Translations under genes and position numbers: made by a program
Part shown: positions 1-9,017 of the stretch, one piece after another
Layout: the number at the start of each line of letters is the position of its first letter
Numbering within the stretch: position 1 is the stretch's first letter
Notes under the pieces: model-generated
Database searches by the model: none
What the model was told of the DNA's origin: nothing
Seen by the model: only the letters and a program-made list of their open reading frames with translations
Source: an uncultured Gammaproteobacteria bacterium
GTDB lineage: Bacteria; Patescibacteriota; Patescibacteriia; Patescibacteriales; GWC2-42-12
Direction: 5' to 3'
Assembly (NCBI GenBank): GCA_964560005.1
Contig: CAZLKB010000003.1
Span: 1-38,711, forward strand
DNA: 38,711 bases

Positions 1-17
1 CTGTATTTTAAGGTCAT
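1..17 (-). CDS. Possible 5' end of a minus-strand gene running off the left edge (MTLKI...)
   Basis: ATG at 17-15 on the minus strand, 8 nt downstream of an extended -10 (TG-G-TATAAT, 34-26). Only 5 full codons are visible. Confidence 0.3.
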
Positions 18-160
18 ATCTAGATATTATACCAAAATCTTCTAGACAAGACCCATTTTGTATTATCTATAAATATTTGTTATAATTAAAATGTTAAACA
101 CATTGTTCTGGTTAATTGGTTTAATTTTGGCTTAATTTAAAACTAATAAAAAATATATTT

Positions 161-238
161 ATGAATTACTTTATTTTTTTATTAATCATCGCGGTCGGAG
201 TTTTGGCGGTAATTATTCTAGAACAGAAAGGCAAATAA
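161..238 (+). CDS. Small single-pass membrane peptide, 25 aa (MNYFIFLLIIAVGVLAVIILEQKGK)
   Basis: Translated by hand, below the ORF-track cutoff. One hydrophobic helix plus a basic tail, followed by a terminator hairpin. Confidence 0.5.
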   Translation: MNYFIFLLIIAVGVLAVIILEQKGK

Positions 239-260
239 TCAGATAATATTCTTCACTATA

Positions 261-289
261 ATAAAACCTCGCATAAGGCGGGGTTTTAT
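261..289. terminator. Intrinsic terminator hairpin, possibly bidirectional
   Basis: ATAAAACCTCGC pairs with GCGGGGTTTTAT (one G-U) around a short loop. Confidence 0.65.
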
Positions 290-303
290 TATTTTACCGC
301 TTG

Positions 304-312
304 TGTTAAAAT
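304..312 (+). promoter_or_regulatory. Extended -10 promoter (TG-T-TAAAAT), predicted leaderless start of the flippase
   Basis: The hexamer ends 6 nt before ATG 319. Confidence 0.55.
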
Positions 313-318
313 TAAAAC

Positions 319-1803
319 ATGACTGAAAAAATTACTAATATTGCTAAAAATACATCTTATTTTACCTTAGCCCTGATTCTGCAAAAAGTGATCTCTTTTT
401 CTTATTTTATTTTAATTGCCAGAGCCCTGGGTCCGGCCGATCTGGGAAAATATTACTTCGCCATATCCTTTGCCTCAATTTTTTCAATCTTAATGGACAT
501 CGGCCTGACTAATGTCTTAACCCGGGAAATCGCCAAAGAAAAAAGCCAAGCCAATAAATTTCTGGGATCGGTCATAGCCGTAAAATTGCCTTTAACCGTG
601 CTAACCGGATTAATTATTATCATATCCGCCAATATTCTGGGCTACGGCGAATTGACTAAAATATTAATTTATTTTTCCACCGCTTGCGTAATTCTGGATT
701 CATTCACCGCCGCTTTTTTTTCCGTATCGCGCGGCTTTCATAATCTGTCTTTTGAAAGCGTCGCCTCGATTTTATTCCAAATTATCGTGCTTATTACCGG
801 AGTGATCATTTTAAAATTAAACCTGGGCTTAAAGTGGCTTATGGGCGCGATGTTGTTAGCCAGTATTTTTAATTTTGTTTATTCTTTATTCATAACCGTT
901 AAGATCTTTAAAGTCAGTTTAAAGCCGATTTACGATCTGAAGCTGATAAAATTAGTTCTAAAAATTTCCATTTCTTTCGGGCTCTTCGCCGTTTTTCAAA
1001 AAATTTATACATATTTTGATACGGTGCTGCTGCAGGCTTTGGCCGGCGACTATTATGTCGGCCTGTACCAGGTGGCTTTTAAAATTATCAACGCCATTCA
1101 ATTTTTGCCCCTGGCTTTTACCGCTTCGCTCTATCCGGCCATGAGCGCTTACTGGGCATCCAACCGGGAACAGCTGGCCGTTACCTTTGAACGAGCCATG
1201 AATTATTTGATTATCATTGCCTTGCCCATTTCGGTCGGTATCGCCGTTTTAGCCGATAAAATCGTCTTGATCTTTAAAGCCGGCTACGCCGACGCCATTT
1301 TGCCTTTACAGTTAAATATCACCGCCTTGCTGTTTCTCTTTACCGCTTACCCGATCGGCTCGCTGTTAAACGCTTGCGACAAGCAAAAAATAAATACCAT
1401 CAATATGGGCATAACGGTAGTCGCCAGCGTTATTTTAAACATAATTTTAATACCGAGATTTCAGGCGGTCGGCGCCAGTATTACGGTTTTAATTTCCAGT
1501 CTATTAATGCTTATTTTGGGATTAATCCAGGTGCCTAAAATTATTTCTTACCGGCCGGGCAGAATTCTCAAGGTTTTCGGTAAATCCGCCATGGCTTCTT
1601 TAGTAATGATGGTTTTAATAATTTTCTTAAAAAACCACCTGAACATTTTTCTTATTATCCCGATCACCGGTATAGTTTATTTTATTTTATTATTTTACCT
1701 AAGAGCATTTAAAAAAGAAGATCTGGCGAGTATTATGCAATCATTTTTGAAAAAGACCGGAAATTCCGGTATTGAGATCGCTGAAATAAAAAATGTAGAT
1801 TAA
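319..1803 (+). CDS. Polysaccharide flippase (Wzx/MOP superfamily)
   Basis: 494 aa with many TM helices. Typical 'ARALGPADLGKY', 'DIGL..VLTREIA' and 'D..LL..L.G...VGLY' motifs. Confidence 0.9.
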   Translation: MTEKITNIAKNTSYFTLALILQKVISFSYFILIARALGPADLGKYYFAISFASIFSILMDIGLTNVLTREIAKEKSQANKFLGSVIAVKLPLTVLTGLIIIISANILGYGELTKILIYFSTACVILDSFTAAFFSVSRGFHNLSFESVASILFQIIVLITGVIILKLNLGLKWLMGAMLLASIFNFVYSLFITVKIFKVSLKPIYDLKLIKLVLKISISFGLFAVFQKIYTYFDTVLLQALAGDYYVGLYQVAFKIINAIQFLPLAFTASLYPAMSAYWASNREQLAVTFERAMNYLIIIALPISVGIAVLADKIVLIFKAGYADAILPLQLNITALLFLFTAYPIGSLLNACDKQKINTINMGITVVASVILNIILIPRFQAVGASITVLISSLLMLILGLIQVPKIISYRPGRILKVFGKSAMASLVMMVLIIFLKNHLNIFLIIPITGIVYFILLFYLRAFKKEDLASIMQSFLKKTGNSGIEIAEIKNVD

Positions 1804-1839
1804 TTATATATGAGTTGTATTAGTTTCGGTCGTAGAGTT

Positions 1840-1956
1840 TTGGCTAAATTTATTTATTTTTGAAGCGAGGCTTCGTCGTGAGCTCAGCCGAACGGACTGA
1901 CCGGCAGGCACATAATGAATTTGATCCGCAGCGAAAAAATAAATAAATTTAGCCAA
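1840..1956. repeat. 117-bp MITE-like element with perfect 22-bp terminal inverted repeats
   Basis: TTGGCTAAATTTATTTATTTTT (1840-1861) and AAAAATAAATAAATTTAGCCAA (1935-1956) enclose a GC-richer core. Confidence 0.75.
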
Positions 1957-1981
1957 GACTTAAGTAACTTACATATTATAT

Positions 1982-3094
1982 ATGAAGGTGCTGTTATTTA
2001 CGCTTGAATATCCGCCCTTTAAAGGAGGCGTGGCCAACTATTACGGAAATTTAGTAAAATACTGGCCTGAATCAGGGAATGTTTTTGTGCTGAATAATAA
2101 TGACGGCGGACTAATAAAAAAGTCTTGGCCGATTTTGCGCTGGCTGCCGGCCTTCCGCGGATTAAACAAGGCGGTCAAAAAAAATAACATAACGCATGTC
2201 GTTGTCGGCCAGATATTACCCTTGGGGCTGGTTGGATTAATTTACTGTCGGTTTCATAAAATAAAGTACACGGTTATTTTACACGGCCTGGATTTTAGCT
2301 ATGCCACTAAAGTTTGGCGTAAAAAAATAATTTCCAGGATAATTTTAAAAGGCGCGCAAACAATAATTTGCGCCAACAGCTACACTGCCAATCTGGTTAA
2401 AAAATTTCTACCCGCAACTGATGAAAATAAGATAATTACTGTCAACCCCGGAATTGAAGCGGAGCCTCCCGCCGCTTTAGAGAACACCCGGCTAATAAAA
2501 AAATACCATCTGGAAAATAAAATTATTTTATTATCAGTCGGCCGTCTGGTTAAACGCAAAGGCTTTGATAAGGTGATTGAGGCCTTGCCGGAAATATTGA
2601 AGCGGGCGCCGAATCTAATCTATGTTATTTTAGGCGCCGGAGATGAGCTAAATAATTATCAATTACGAATTACCCGTCTCGCCAAGGCGAAACCGAGGCG
2701 GCCGAATTACGAATTAAATAATAATGTTATTATCATAAATAACGCGACGGATGAAGAACGCAACGGCTGGTATAATGCTTGCGATATTTTCATTATGCCG
2801 GCGAGAAATATCAACGGCGACTATGAAGGTTTCGGCATAGTTTATCTGGAGGCCAACCTGGCCGGAAAACCGGTGATAGCGTCTAAGAGCGGGGGGGTGG
2901 GAGACGCGGTGGTAGACGGTTTAAACGGTATTATGGTTGATCCGGAGAATATTAATGACATCTGCCAGGCGGTAATAAAGCTGGCTCAGAATGCGGGCTT
3001 AAGATATAAACTGGGCGAACAGGGGAAAAAAAGGGCAATAGATGAATTTAATTGGAAAAAGCAAATTCAAAAGATATATAAGGTTTTAACATAA
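1982..3094 (+). CDS. Glycosyltransferase family 4 (GT-B)
   Basis: 'SVGRLVKRKGFD' and 'EGFGIVYLEANLAGKPVIA' (EX7E) motifs. Confidence 0.93.
   Translation: MKVLLFTLEYPPFKGGVANYYGNLVKYWPESGNVFVLNNNDGGLIKKSWPILRWLPAFRGLNKAVKKNNITHVVVGQILPLGLVGLIYCRFHKIKYTVILHGLDFSYATKVWRKKIISRIILKGAQTIICANSYTANLVKKFLPATDENKIITVNPGIEAEPPAALENTRLIKKYHLENKIILLSVGRLVKRKGFDKVIEALPEILKRAPNLIYVILGAGDELNNYQLRITRLAKAKPRRPNYELNNNVIIINNATDEERNGWYNACDIFIMPARNINGDYEGFGIVYLEANLAGKPVIASKSGGVGDAVVDGLNGIMVDPENINDICQAVIKLAQNAGLRYKLGEQGKKRAIDEFNWKKQIQKIYKVLT
2654..2716. repeat. In-frame AATTACG heptamer run carrying a nested 30-bp GC-rich palindrome (2674-2703)
   Basis: Removing 2674-2703 restores a clean (AATTACG)n run. The insert closely matches 37142-37173. 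Confidence 0.75.
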
Positions 3095-3184
3095 AATATA
3101 AATCTTAAATTAATTCTCAAAATCCAATTATCAATTTTTAATGAAATTCCAATGAATCAATTTACAATAAGAGGAAAATTTTTA

Positions 3185-3236
3185 GTTTGAAAATTATATC
3201 ATTGAAAATTGTTTGAAAATTATATCATTGAAAATT
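3185..3236 (+). repeat. Perfect 2 x 26-bp tandem repeat in an AT-rich intergenic quasi-palindrome
   Basis: GTTTGAAAATTATATCATTGAAAATT at 3185-3210 and 3211-3236. Confidence 0.9.
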
Positions 3237-3250
3237 AAAAATTTACTTAT

Positions 3251-3943
3251 ATGATCAGCATAATTATACCCGTCTATAATCAAGCCGAGCACTTAGACAG
3301 ATGCCTGGCTGGTATAAAAAATCAAACCTATAATAATTATGAAATTATCATTATTGACGACGGCTCAATAGATAATATCAAGCCGGTGATAGAAAAATAT
3401 AAACAAATATTTAACCTGAAATTATCTTATTTTGAGCAGGAAAACCGAGGCGCCAGCGCGGCCAGAAATCGAGGCGCTAAAATAGCCAGAGGAGAATATC
3501 TGATTTTTTGCGACGCGGACATTGTCATGGAGCCGAATATGCTCCGAGCCATGCTGGATACGCTTAAGCAAAACCCGGCCGCCAGCCTTTGCTATTCATC
3601 TTTTATCTGGGGCAAAAAAAAGTTTATACTTTGGCCGTATAACGCGGAAAGATTAAAAAAGATGCCCTATATCAACACTTCTTCGCTAATGAGAAAAGAG
3701 CATTTCCCCGGCTTTGATGAAAACTTAAAACGGTTTCAAGACTGGGATCTTTGGCTGACAATGCTGGAGCGGGGCCATACCGGAGTTTGGATTAATCAAA
3801 TATTATATAGGGTTAATTTGGGCGGCGTTCAAACCATGAGCCGCTGGCTGCCGGCGCTAACTTATAAATTACTGCCGTTTTTATCAATGGTAAAAAGATA
3901 TAACCAAGCTAAGGAAATAATCAGGAAAAAACATAATTTATAA
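3251..3943 (+). CDS. Glycosyltransferase family 2 (GT-A)
   Basis: 'SIIIPVYN', 'IDDGS', 'DAD' and 'QDWDLWL' motifs. Confidence 0.93.
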   Translation: MISIIIPVYNQAEHLDRCLAGIKNQTYNNYEIIIIDDGSIDNIKPVIEKYKQIFNLKLSYFEQENRGASAARNRGAKIARGEYLIFCDADIVMEPNMLRAMLDTLKQNPAASLCYSSFIWGKKKFILWPYNAERLKKMPYINTSSLMRKEHFPGFDENLKRFQDWDLWLTMLERGHTGVWINQILYRVNLGGVQTMSRWLPALTYKLLPFLSMVKRYNQAKEIIRKKHNL

Positions 3944-3944
3944 T

Positions 3945-3973
3945 AAAAAAAGAGCAGGTTTATTAAGCCTGCT
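3945..3973. terminator. Bidirectional intrinsic terminator
   Basis: AGCAGGTTT/AAGCCTGCT stem. The A7 run on plus is a U7 tract on minus. Confidence 0.7.
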
Positions 3974-3986
3974 TATATTGATCGTG

Positions 3987-4109
3987 TTAATAGCGATCCC
4001 AAAATCTGCGAAATCGTTTTTCACTTTCAACGCACCTGCCCCAAAGGAAGACTGCGGTTAACAGGCAAATAACGACTGCGCAGACAACAATAATTGAAAG
4101 AACTTTCAT
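3987..4109 (-). CDS. Small membrane protein, 40 aa (MKVLSIIVVCAVVICLLTAVFLWGRCVESEKRFRRFWDRY)
   Basis: Translated by hand. TM helix plus charged tail, followed by a U7 terminator. TTGACA-17-TAAAAA lies just upstream. Confidence 0.55.
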   Translation of the reverse strand: MKVLSIIVVCAVVICLLTAVFLWGRCVESEKRFRRFWDRY

Positions 4110-4137
4110 AGATGTTTTTTACATTATTTTTACACAA

Positions 4138-5808
4138 ATGTCAAGTTCACAAAAAAACAAAATTTTTAGAAATACATTTTTTTTAATAATTTTAGCCGAA
4201 TTATTATCGTTTTTGGGTTACTATTATCCCGAGGCTAATGGACTGGCTTTTTTTCTGATAGTAATTTTAACAATTTCAGTTTCCTTGTATCGGCTTGAAT
4301 ATGGGTTATATATATTATTTACGGAATTATTTATCGGTTCATTCGGCTATCTATTTTATTTCGCGGCCGAAGGCTTCACTATTTCAGTTCGGCTCGCGCT
4401 TTGGCTGATTGTTATGTCTGTTTGTCTGGCGAAAATAATTATTCAACCGCTTAAAACCAAGAGGTTGAATCTTGATTTTATTAAATTCCGTGAGTTTTCT
4501 CCTTTTATGGTTTTATTTATTTTTATTGGCTGGGGCGCGCTGAACGGCTGGCTAAACAGTAATTCATTAAGCAATATCTTCTTTGACTTTAATAACTGGT
4601 TTTATTTTTTATTAATTTTTCCGGTTTTTGCTGTTTTTAAAAATAGCCGCGACTTAAATATTATCAAACAAATATTCTTCGCGGCCATAACCTGGCTCAG
4701 CCTTAAAACCATTATCCTGGCTTATTTCTTTTCCCATAATTTTAACGGCTTTATTATTGATCTTTACCGCTGGGTAAGAAATAGCGGGGTGGGGGAGATC
4801 ACGACCGTACAGGCGGGTTTTAGCCGGATTTTTATGCAATCCCATATTTTTATTCTAATCGGATTTTTTATAGCACTGTTTTATCTTCTAAAAATTGTCA
4901 TTGCGAGGAGCGATGGCGAAACCTGTCATTCCGGCCTAAGCCTGCCCCGTACCACGATACGGGGAGCCGGAATCCAGGGGCAAACAGTAGAACCATTATT
5001 ATCACCGACACATAGATCCCGGGTCGAGCCCGGGATGGCAGAAGACGAATTTAATTTGTTACCTTCAAGTTTAACCAATGACAAAAAAAAGATGTTCATT
5101 ATTTTCTTCCTTTTTTCCGCTTTATTTTTATCCGCAATTATAATAAGTTTTTCCCGAAGCTTCTGGCTGGGCTTATCGGCCGGAGCGGTTTTCGTCTGGC
5201 TGATTGCTTTATTCAAGCTAAAAATTAAATTTAAAAAATTTGTCATTTATAATTCTTTAATCTTGCTTAGCATATTCTTAAGCTTGCTCTTAACCGTCGC
5301 GGTAATAAAAATCCCTTACCCCTCGCTTACCGGCGGTTTTGACCCGGCCTCAGCTCTTAGCCAGAGAGCGACTCAAATTACCAATGAAGCCGGCGCCTCG
5401 TCTAGATGGCAGCTCTTACCCGTCTTATGGCAAGAAATTAAAACCGCTCCGATTATGGGGCGAGGGTTCGGCGCCACGGTGACATATAAAACCAATGACC
5501 CTCGTATTTTAGCAGCTAACCCGGACGGCCTTTACACCACCTATGCTTTTGAATGGGGCTGGCTTGATGTCTGGCTTAAGCTCGGCCTATTGGGTTTATT
5601 GGCATATCTGGGTCTATTCATTAAAATAATCATTGACGGCCTTAAAACTCATTCATATTTGGCCTTATCATTAACCGCCGGCTTAATTGTGTTAATGGTG
5701 GTGAATATTTTTAGCCCCTACATCAACCATCCGCTGGGCATCGGCTACTTGATAATTACGGCCTGTCTTATAAATTTTATAAAAGAAACCGGTACAGCGA
5801 AAGCCTAG
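4138..5808 (+). CDS. O-antigen ligase / Wzy_C-family membrane protein with an in-frame palindromic insertion
   Basis: Polytopic membrane protein with 'SFSRSFWLG', 'R..LW.......PI.GRGFG' motifs. A hydrophilic 4896-5040 segment interrupts the TM region. Confidence 0.85.
   Translation: MSSSQKNKIFRNTFFLIILAELLSFLGYYYPEANGLAFFLIVILTISVSLYRLEYGLYILFTELFIGSFGYLFYFAAEGFTISVRLALWLIVMSVCLAKIIIQPLKTKRLNLDFIKFREFSPFMVLFIFIGWGALNGWLNSNSLSNIFFDFNNWFYFLLIFPVFAVFKNSRDLNIIKQIFFAAITWLSLKTIILAYFFSHNFNGFIIDLYRWVRNSGVGEITTVQAGFSRIFMQSHIFILIGFFIALFYLLKIVIARSDGETCHSGLSLPRTTIRGAGIQGQTVEPLLSPTHRSRVEPGMAEDEFNLLPSSLTNDKKKMFIIFFLFSALFLSAIIISFSRSFWLGLSAGAVFVWLIALFKLKIKFKKFVIYNSLILLSIFLSLLLTVAVIKIPYPSLTGGFDPASALSQRATQITNEAGASSRWQLLPVLWQEIKTAPIMGRGFGATVTYKTNDPRILAANPDGLYTTYAFEWGWLDVWLKLGLLGLLAYLGLFIKIIIDGLKTHSYLALSLTAGLIVLMVVNIFSPYINHPLGIGYLIITACLINFIKETGTAKA
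4896..5040. repeat. Composite GTCATT...GGATG palindromic element inserted in frame
   Basis: GTCATTCCGGC...GCCGGAATC, nested CCCCGT-ACCACGAT-ACGGGG, and GATCCCGGG-TCGAG-CCCGGGATG. Same architecture as 9450-9509. Confidence 0.85.
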
Positions 5809-5831
5809 CAAAAATATATAAACAAAATCGC

Positions 5832-5860
5832 TTGCCTTATTTTTATTTATAATGTATATT
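5832..5860 (+). promoter_or_regulatory. Sigma70-type promoter for greA
   Basis: TTGCCT-17 nt-TATATT. Confidence 0.5.
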
Positions 5861-5896
5861 ATTAACTATACAAATTTAATTAAAACAATATAAATT

Positions 5897-6355
5897 ATGC
5901 CTGATCAAATTATTTCCAAAGAAGGTTATGATAAACTAAAAAAAGAGCTGGACGACAGAATGAATGTTAAAAGATTGGAAATCGCCAACCGCATTGAGGC
6001 GGCTAAAGAACTGGGCGATTTAAGCGAGAACGCCGAATATGCCGAAGCTAAAGACGAACAAGCCTTTAACGATGGACGAATTGGCGAATTAATGGCTCTA
6101 TTAAAAAATGTTACCGTGGTGCAAAATAATGGCGATAAAAATAAGGTCAGCATGGGTTCCTGTATTACCGCCGAAGTAGAAGGCAAGACCAAAGAATTTA
6201 CCGTAGTCAGCTTTAATGAAGCCAACCCGGCCGAAGGCAAGATTTCCAACGAATCGCCTTTGGGCGTCGCCTGCTTAAATAGAAAAAAGGGCGACAAAAT
6301 AACGGTCAATACGCCTCGCGGTAAGGTGGTCTACGAAATTATTGAGATTAAATAA
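5897..6355 (+). CDS. greA: Transcription elongation factor GreA
   Basis: 'GDLSENAEY..AKDEQ' and 'ISNESPLG' motifs. Confidence 0.97.
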   Translation: MPDQIISKEGYDKLKKELDDRMNVKRLEIANRIEAAKELGDLSENAEYAEAKDEQAFNDGRIGELMALLKNVTVVQNNGDKNKVSMGSCITAEVEGKTKEFTVVSFNEANPAEGKISNESPLGVACLNRKKGDKITVNTPRGKVVYEIIEIK

Positions 6356-6375
6356 AAATCTTTAAACTTATTGAT

Positions 6376-6408
6376 AAAAAAACGATCGTAGTAAACGATT
6401 CGTTTTTT
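6376..6408 (+). terminator. Intrinsic terminator after greA
   Basis: AAAAAACGATCGT / ACGATTCGTTTTTTT hairpin with T tract. Confidence 0.7.
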
Positions 6409-6412
6409 TATT

Positions 6413-6441
6413 TTGACTTTTCATCAAAAATAAGGTAAAAT
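6413..6441 (+). promoter_or_regulatory. Sigma70-type promoter for lysS
   Basis: TTGACT-17 nt-TAAAAT. Confidence 0.65.
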
Positions 6442-6523
6442 ATTAACACCAGTTTGAATTGGCTAATTTTATTAATAGGATAATCTTGAAATTTAATTCA
6501 ACTTTTTTTATTACATTTTTCAT

Positions 6524-6619
6524 CTACAAATCAACAAATCTTATTACAAATATACAAATACTGCAAAACGCGGCTATTTAATAATTTGTATATTTGTGAA
6601 TTAATTTGTTGATTTGTAG
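6524..6619. repeat. AT-rich long hairpin in the lysS leader
   Basis: Perfect 16-bp inverted repeat (6524-6539/6604-6619) plus an inner perfect 14-bp inverted repeat (6546-6559/6584-6597). Confidence 0.85.
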
Positions 6620-6630
6620 GAGTAATTTTT

Positions 6631-8091
6631 ATGATAAAAATAAACGAGCGCGCCGATCGCCTAAAAAAACTGGCTGAACTTAAAAAACTGGGCATTAATC
6701 CATTTCCGGCAAAAGCTAAAAAAACTTATTCAATCAATCAAGTCTTGACTGATTTTGAAGTTTTGCAAAAAAATAATACTGAAATTTTTCTGGCCGGACG
6801 GCTTAGGAGCTTGCGGGCGCACGGCAATTTAACCTTTACCAGCTTAGACGACGGCAGCGGCAAAATCCAACTGGCTTTTTCTAAAAAAGAAATCGGCGCT
6901 GACAGCTATAAAACTTTTTCAAAATATTTAGATATCGGCGACTTCGTGGAAGCCGGCGGCGTCTGCTTTTTAACCCATAACGGCGAAAAAAGCCTTATGG
7001 TAAAAAATTGGAAACTACTGACTAAGACTCTTAGGCCTTTGCCGGATAAATGGCACGGCATCGCGGACGAGGAAGAAAAATTCAGAAAACGATATCTGGA
7101 TATATTATTTAATCCGGAGGTTAAAGAAATATTTATTAAGCGCGCCAGGTTCTGGCAGGCCATGCGTGAATTCATGGTTAGCCAGGGCTTTTTAGAAGTT
7201 GAGACTCCGGTTTTGGAAAACACAGCCGGCGGCGCCGACGCCAGGCCGTTTGTTACTCACCATAACGCGCTGGACTTGGATGTTTATTTAAGAATTTCCA
7301 TGGGCGAGCTTTGGCAAAAACGCCTGATGGTGGCCGGCTACGAGAAAACTTTTGAAATCGGGCGCATGTTCAGAAACGAAGGCATGGACGCCGAGCATCT
7401 TCAAGATTACACGCAGATGGAATTTTACTGGGGCTACGCGGATTATGAGATGGGAATGAAATTGGTTGAGAAATTATTCAAGCATATCGCTAAGCAAACT
7501 TTCGGCACCCTAAAGTTTAAAATTAAAAACTTTGACATTGACTTGGATAAAGCTTGGGAAAAATATGATTATCAAAAAACGATTCTAGAAAAAACCGGAG
7601 TGGATATTTTAAAAACAACTGAAAAAGAAATTATCAAAAAATTAGACGAGCTAAAAGTCAAATACGATAAAAAGGGCTTTAATATTACGCGCGGCATTGA
7701 TAATCTTTGGAAATATTGCCGCAAATCAATCGCCGGCCCGGGATTTTTGATTAACACTCCGGTAACGATTTCTCCCTTAGCTAAAAGGAGTGACGATAAC
7801 CCGGAAACGACTCAACGCTTTCAGGTAATCTTGGCCGGATCGGAATTAGGCAACGGCTATAGCGAACTAAACGACCCGATTGATCAGGCCGAAAGATTTA
7901 AGGCACAGCAAGACCTGCGCGACGCCGGCGACGAGGAAGCGCAGATGTTTGACCATGAATTCGTAGAAGCGCTAGAATACGGCATGCCGCCGACCTGCGG
8001 CTTCGGCTTGAGCGAACGGCTGTTTTCCTTTTTAATTAACCGGCCGATGCGCGAATGCCAGATTTTTCCGTTAATGAAACCAAGAAACTAA
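6631..8091 (+). CDS. lysS: Lysine--tRNA ligase (class II)
   Basis: OB-fold N-terminus, 'FLEVETPVL', 'GGADARPF', 'FRNEG' and 'YGMPPT.G.G' motifs. Confidence 0.98.
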   Translation: MIKINERADRLKKLAELKKLGINPFPAKAKKTYSINQVLTDFEVLQKNNTEIFLAGRLRSLRAHGNLTFTSLDDGSGKIQLAFSKKEIGADSYKTFSKYLDIGDFVEAGGVCFLTHNGEKSLMVKNWKLLTKTLRPLPDKWHGIADEEEKFRKRYLDILFNPEVKEIFIKRARFWQAMREFMVSQGFLEVETPVLENTAGGADARPFVTHHNALDLDVYLRISMGELWQKRLMVAGYEKTFEIGRMFRNEGMDAEHLQDYTQMEFYWGYADYEMGMKLVEKLFKHIAKQTFGTLKFKIKNFDIDLDKAWEKYDYQKTILEKTGVDILKTTEKEIIKKLDELKVKYDKKGFNITRGIDNLWKYCRKSIAGPGFLINTPVTISPLAKRSDDNPETTQRFQVILAGSELGNGYSELNDPIDQAERFKAQQDLRDAGDEEAQMFDHEFVEALEYGMPPTCGFGLSERLFSFLINRPMRECQIFPLMKPRN

Positions 8092-8194
8092 ATGTCATTC
8101 TGGAGGGAGCGTTAGCGACCGATAGAATCTTCAGATGCTATCCCCCATGTCAAGCACGGGGCTAAAGGCACTTCGTTACGCTCCAGCATGACAT
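8092..8194. repeat. GTCATT...ATGAC palindromic element with nested hairpins
   Basis: ATGTCATTCTGGAG / CTCCAGCATGACAT termini (1 mismatch). Inner GATAGAATCT/AGATGCTATC and CCCC...GGGG hairpins. Confidence 0.85.
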
Positions 8195-8201
8195 AATAAA
8201 T

Positions 8202-8621
8202 ATGACTACCGTCATGGCTTTCGGCACCTTTGATCTTCTTCATCCCGGGCATAAATATTTCTTGCGCCAGGCGAAAAAACTTGGGAGTTATTTAATTGTT
8301 GTCATAGCGCGCGATTCAACGGTAAAAAAGCTAAAAGGCAACTTACCCCGCCAGAATGAAAACGAGCGCCTAGAGGCCATTTTGAGCCTAAATTTAGCCG
8401 ATAAGGCGGTAATGGGAGATAAGGGATTAAATAAATATCGGGTTATAGAAAAATACCGTCCGGACATTATTGCGCTAGGTTATGACCAGACATCCTTCGT
8501 TCAAGGACTAAAAAATAAAATAGAAAAATTCAAATTAAAAACTAAAATTATCCGCTTAAAACCATACCAAGCGCATAAATATAAAACTTCAATTATTAAA
8601 ATGAAACGCGATAAGATTTAA
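8202..8621 (+). CDS. Cytidylyltransferase-family nucleotidyltransferase (FAD synthetase RibL-like)
   Basis: 'FGTFDLLHPGH' HxGH motif, 'VIARD' and 'PDIIALGYDQ'. Confidence 0.85.
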   Translation: MTTVMAFGTFDLLHPGHKYFLRQAKKLGSYLIVVIARDSTVKKLKGNLPRQNENERLEAILSLNLADKAVMGDKGLNKYRVIEKYRPDIIALGYDQTSFVQGLKNKIEKFKLKTKIIRLKPYQAHKYKTSIIKMKRDKI

Positions 8622-8624
8622 TTT

Positions 8625-9017
8625 ATGCATTTATCCGTGGGCGCAATAATTAAGAAGGATGATAAGTACTTACTGGTAGATAGAAAAAAATTTCCTCCGG
8701 GTTGGGCCTGCCCAGCCGGCCATGTTGATGAGGGCGAAACTCCGGAGCAGGCTATGATTAGAGAAGTCGAAGAAGAAACGGGTTTGACGGTAAAAAAATA
8801 TAAATTGATTTTACATGAATATAGCGCTGAAAATATTTGCTCCAGAGGCGTAAAAGGGCATGACTTTTTTGTTTATGAAATTACGGCTTGGCAGGGCGGC
8901 GTCAGATTGAATAAAGAAGAGCACCTAAACATTAGCTGGTTTACGGCCGAAGAAATGAAAAAACTTAAATTGGAGCCGGTCTGGCATGATTGGTTATTGA
9001 AATTGCATATTATATGA
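8625..9017 (+). CDS. Nudix hydrolase
   Basis: Nudix box 'GHVDEGETPEQAMIREVEEETGL'. Confidence 0.93.
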   Translation: MHLSVGAIIKKDDKYLLVDRKKFPPGWACPAGHVDEGETPEQAMIREVEEETGLTVKKYKLILHEYSAENICSRGVKGHDFFVYEITAWQGGVRLNKEEHLNISWFTAEEMKKLKLEPVWHDWLLKLHII

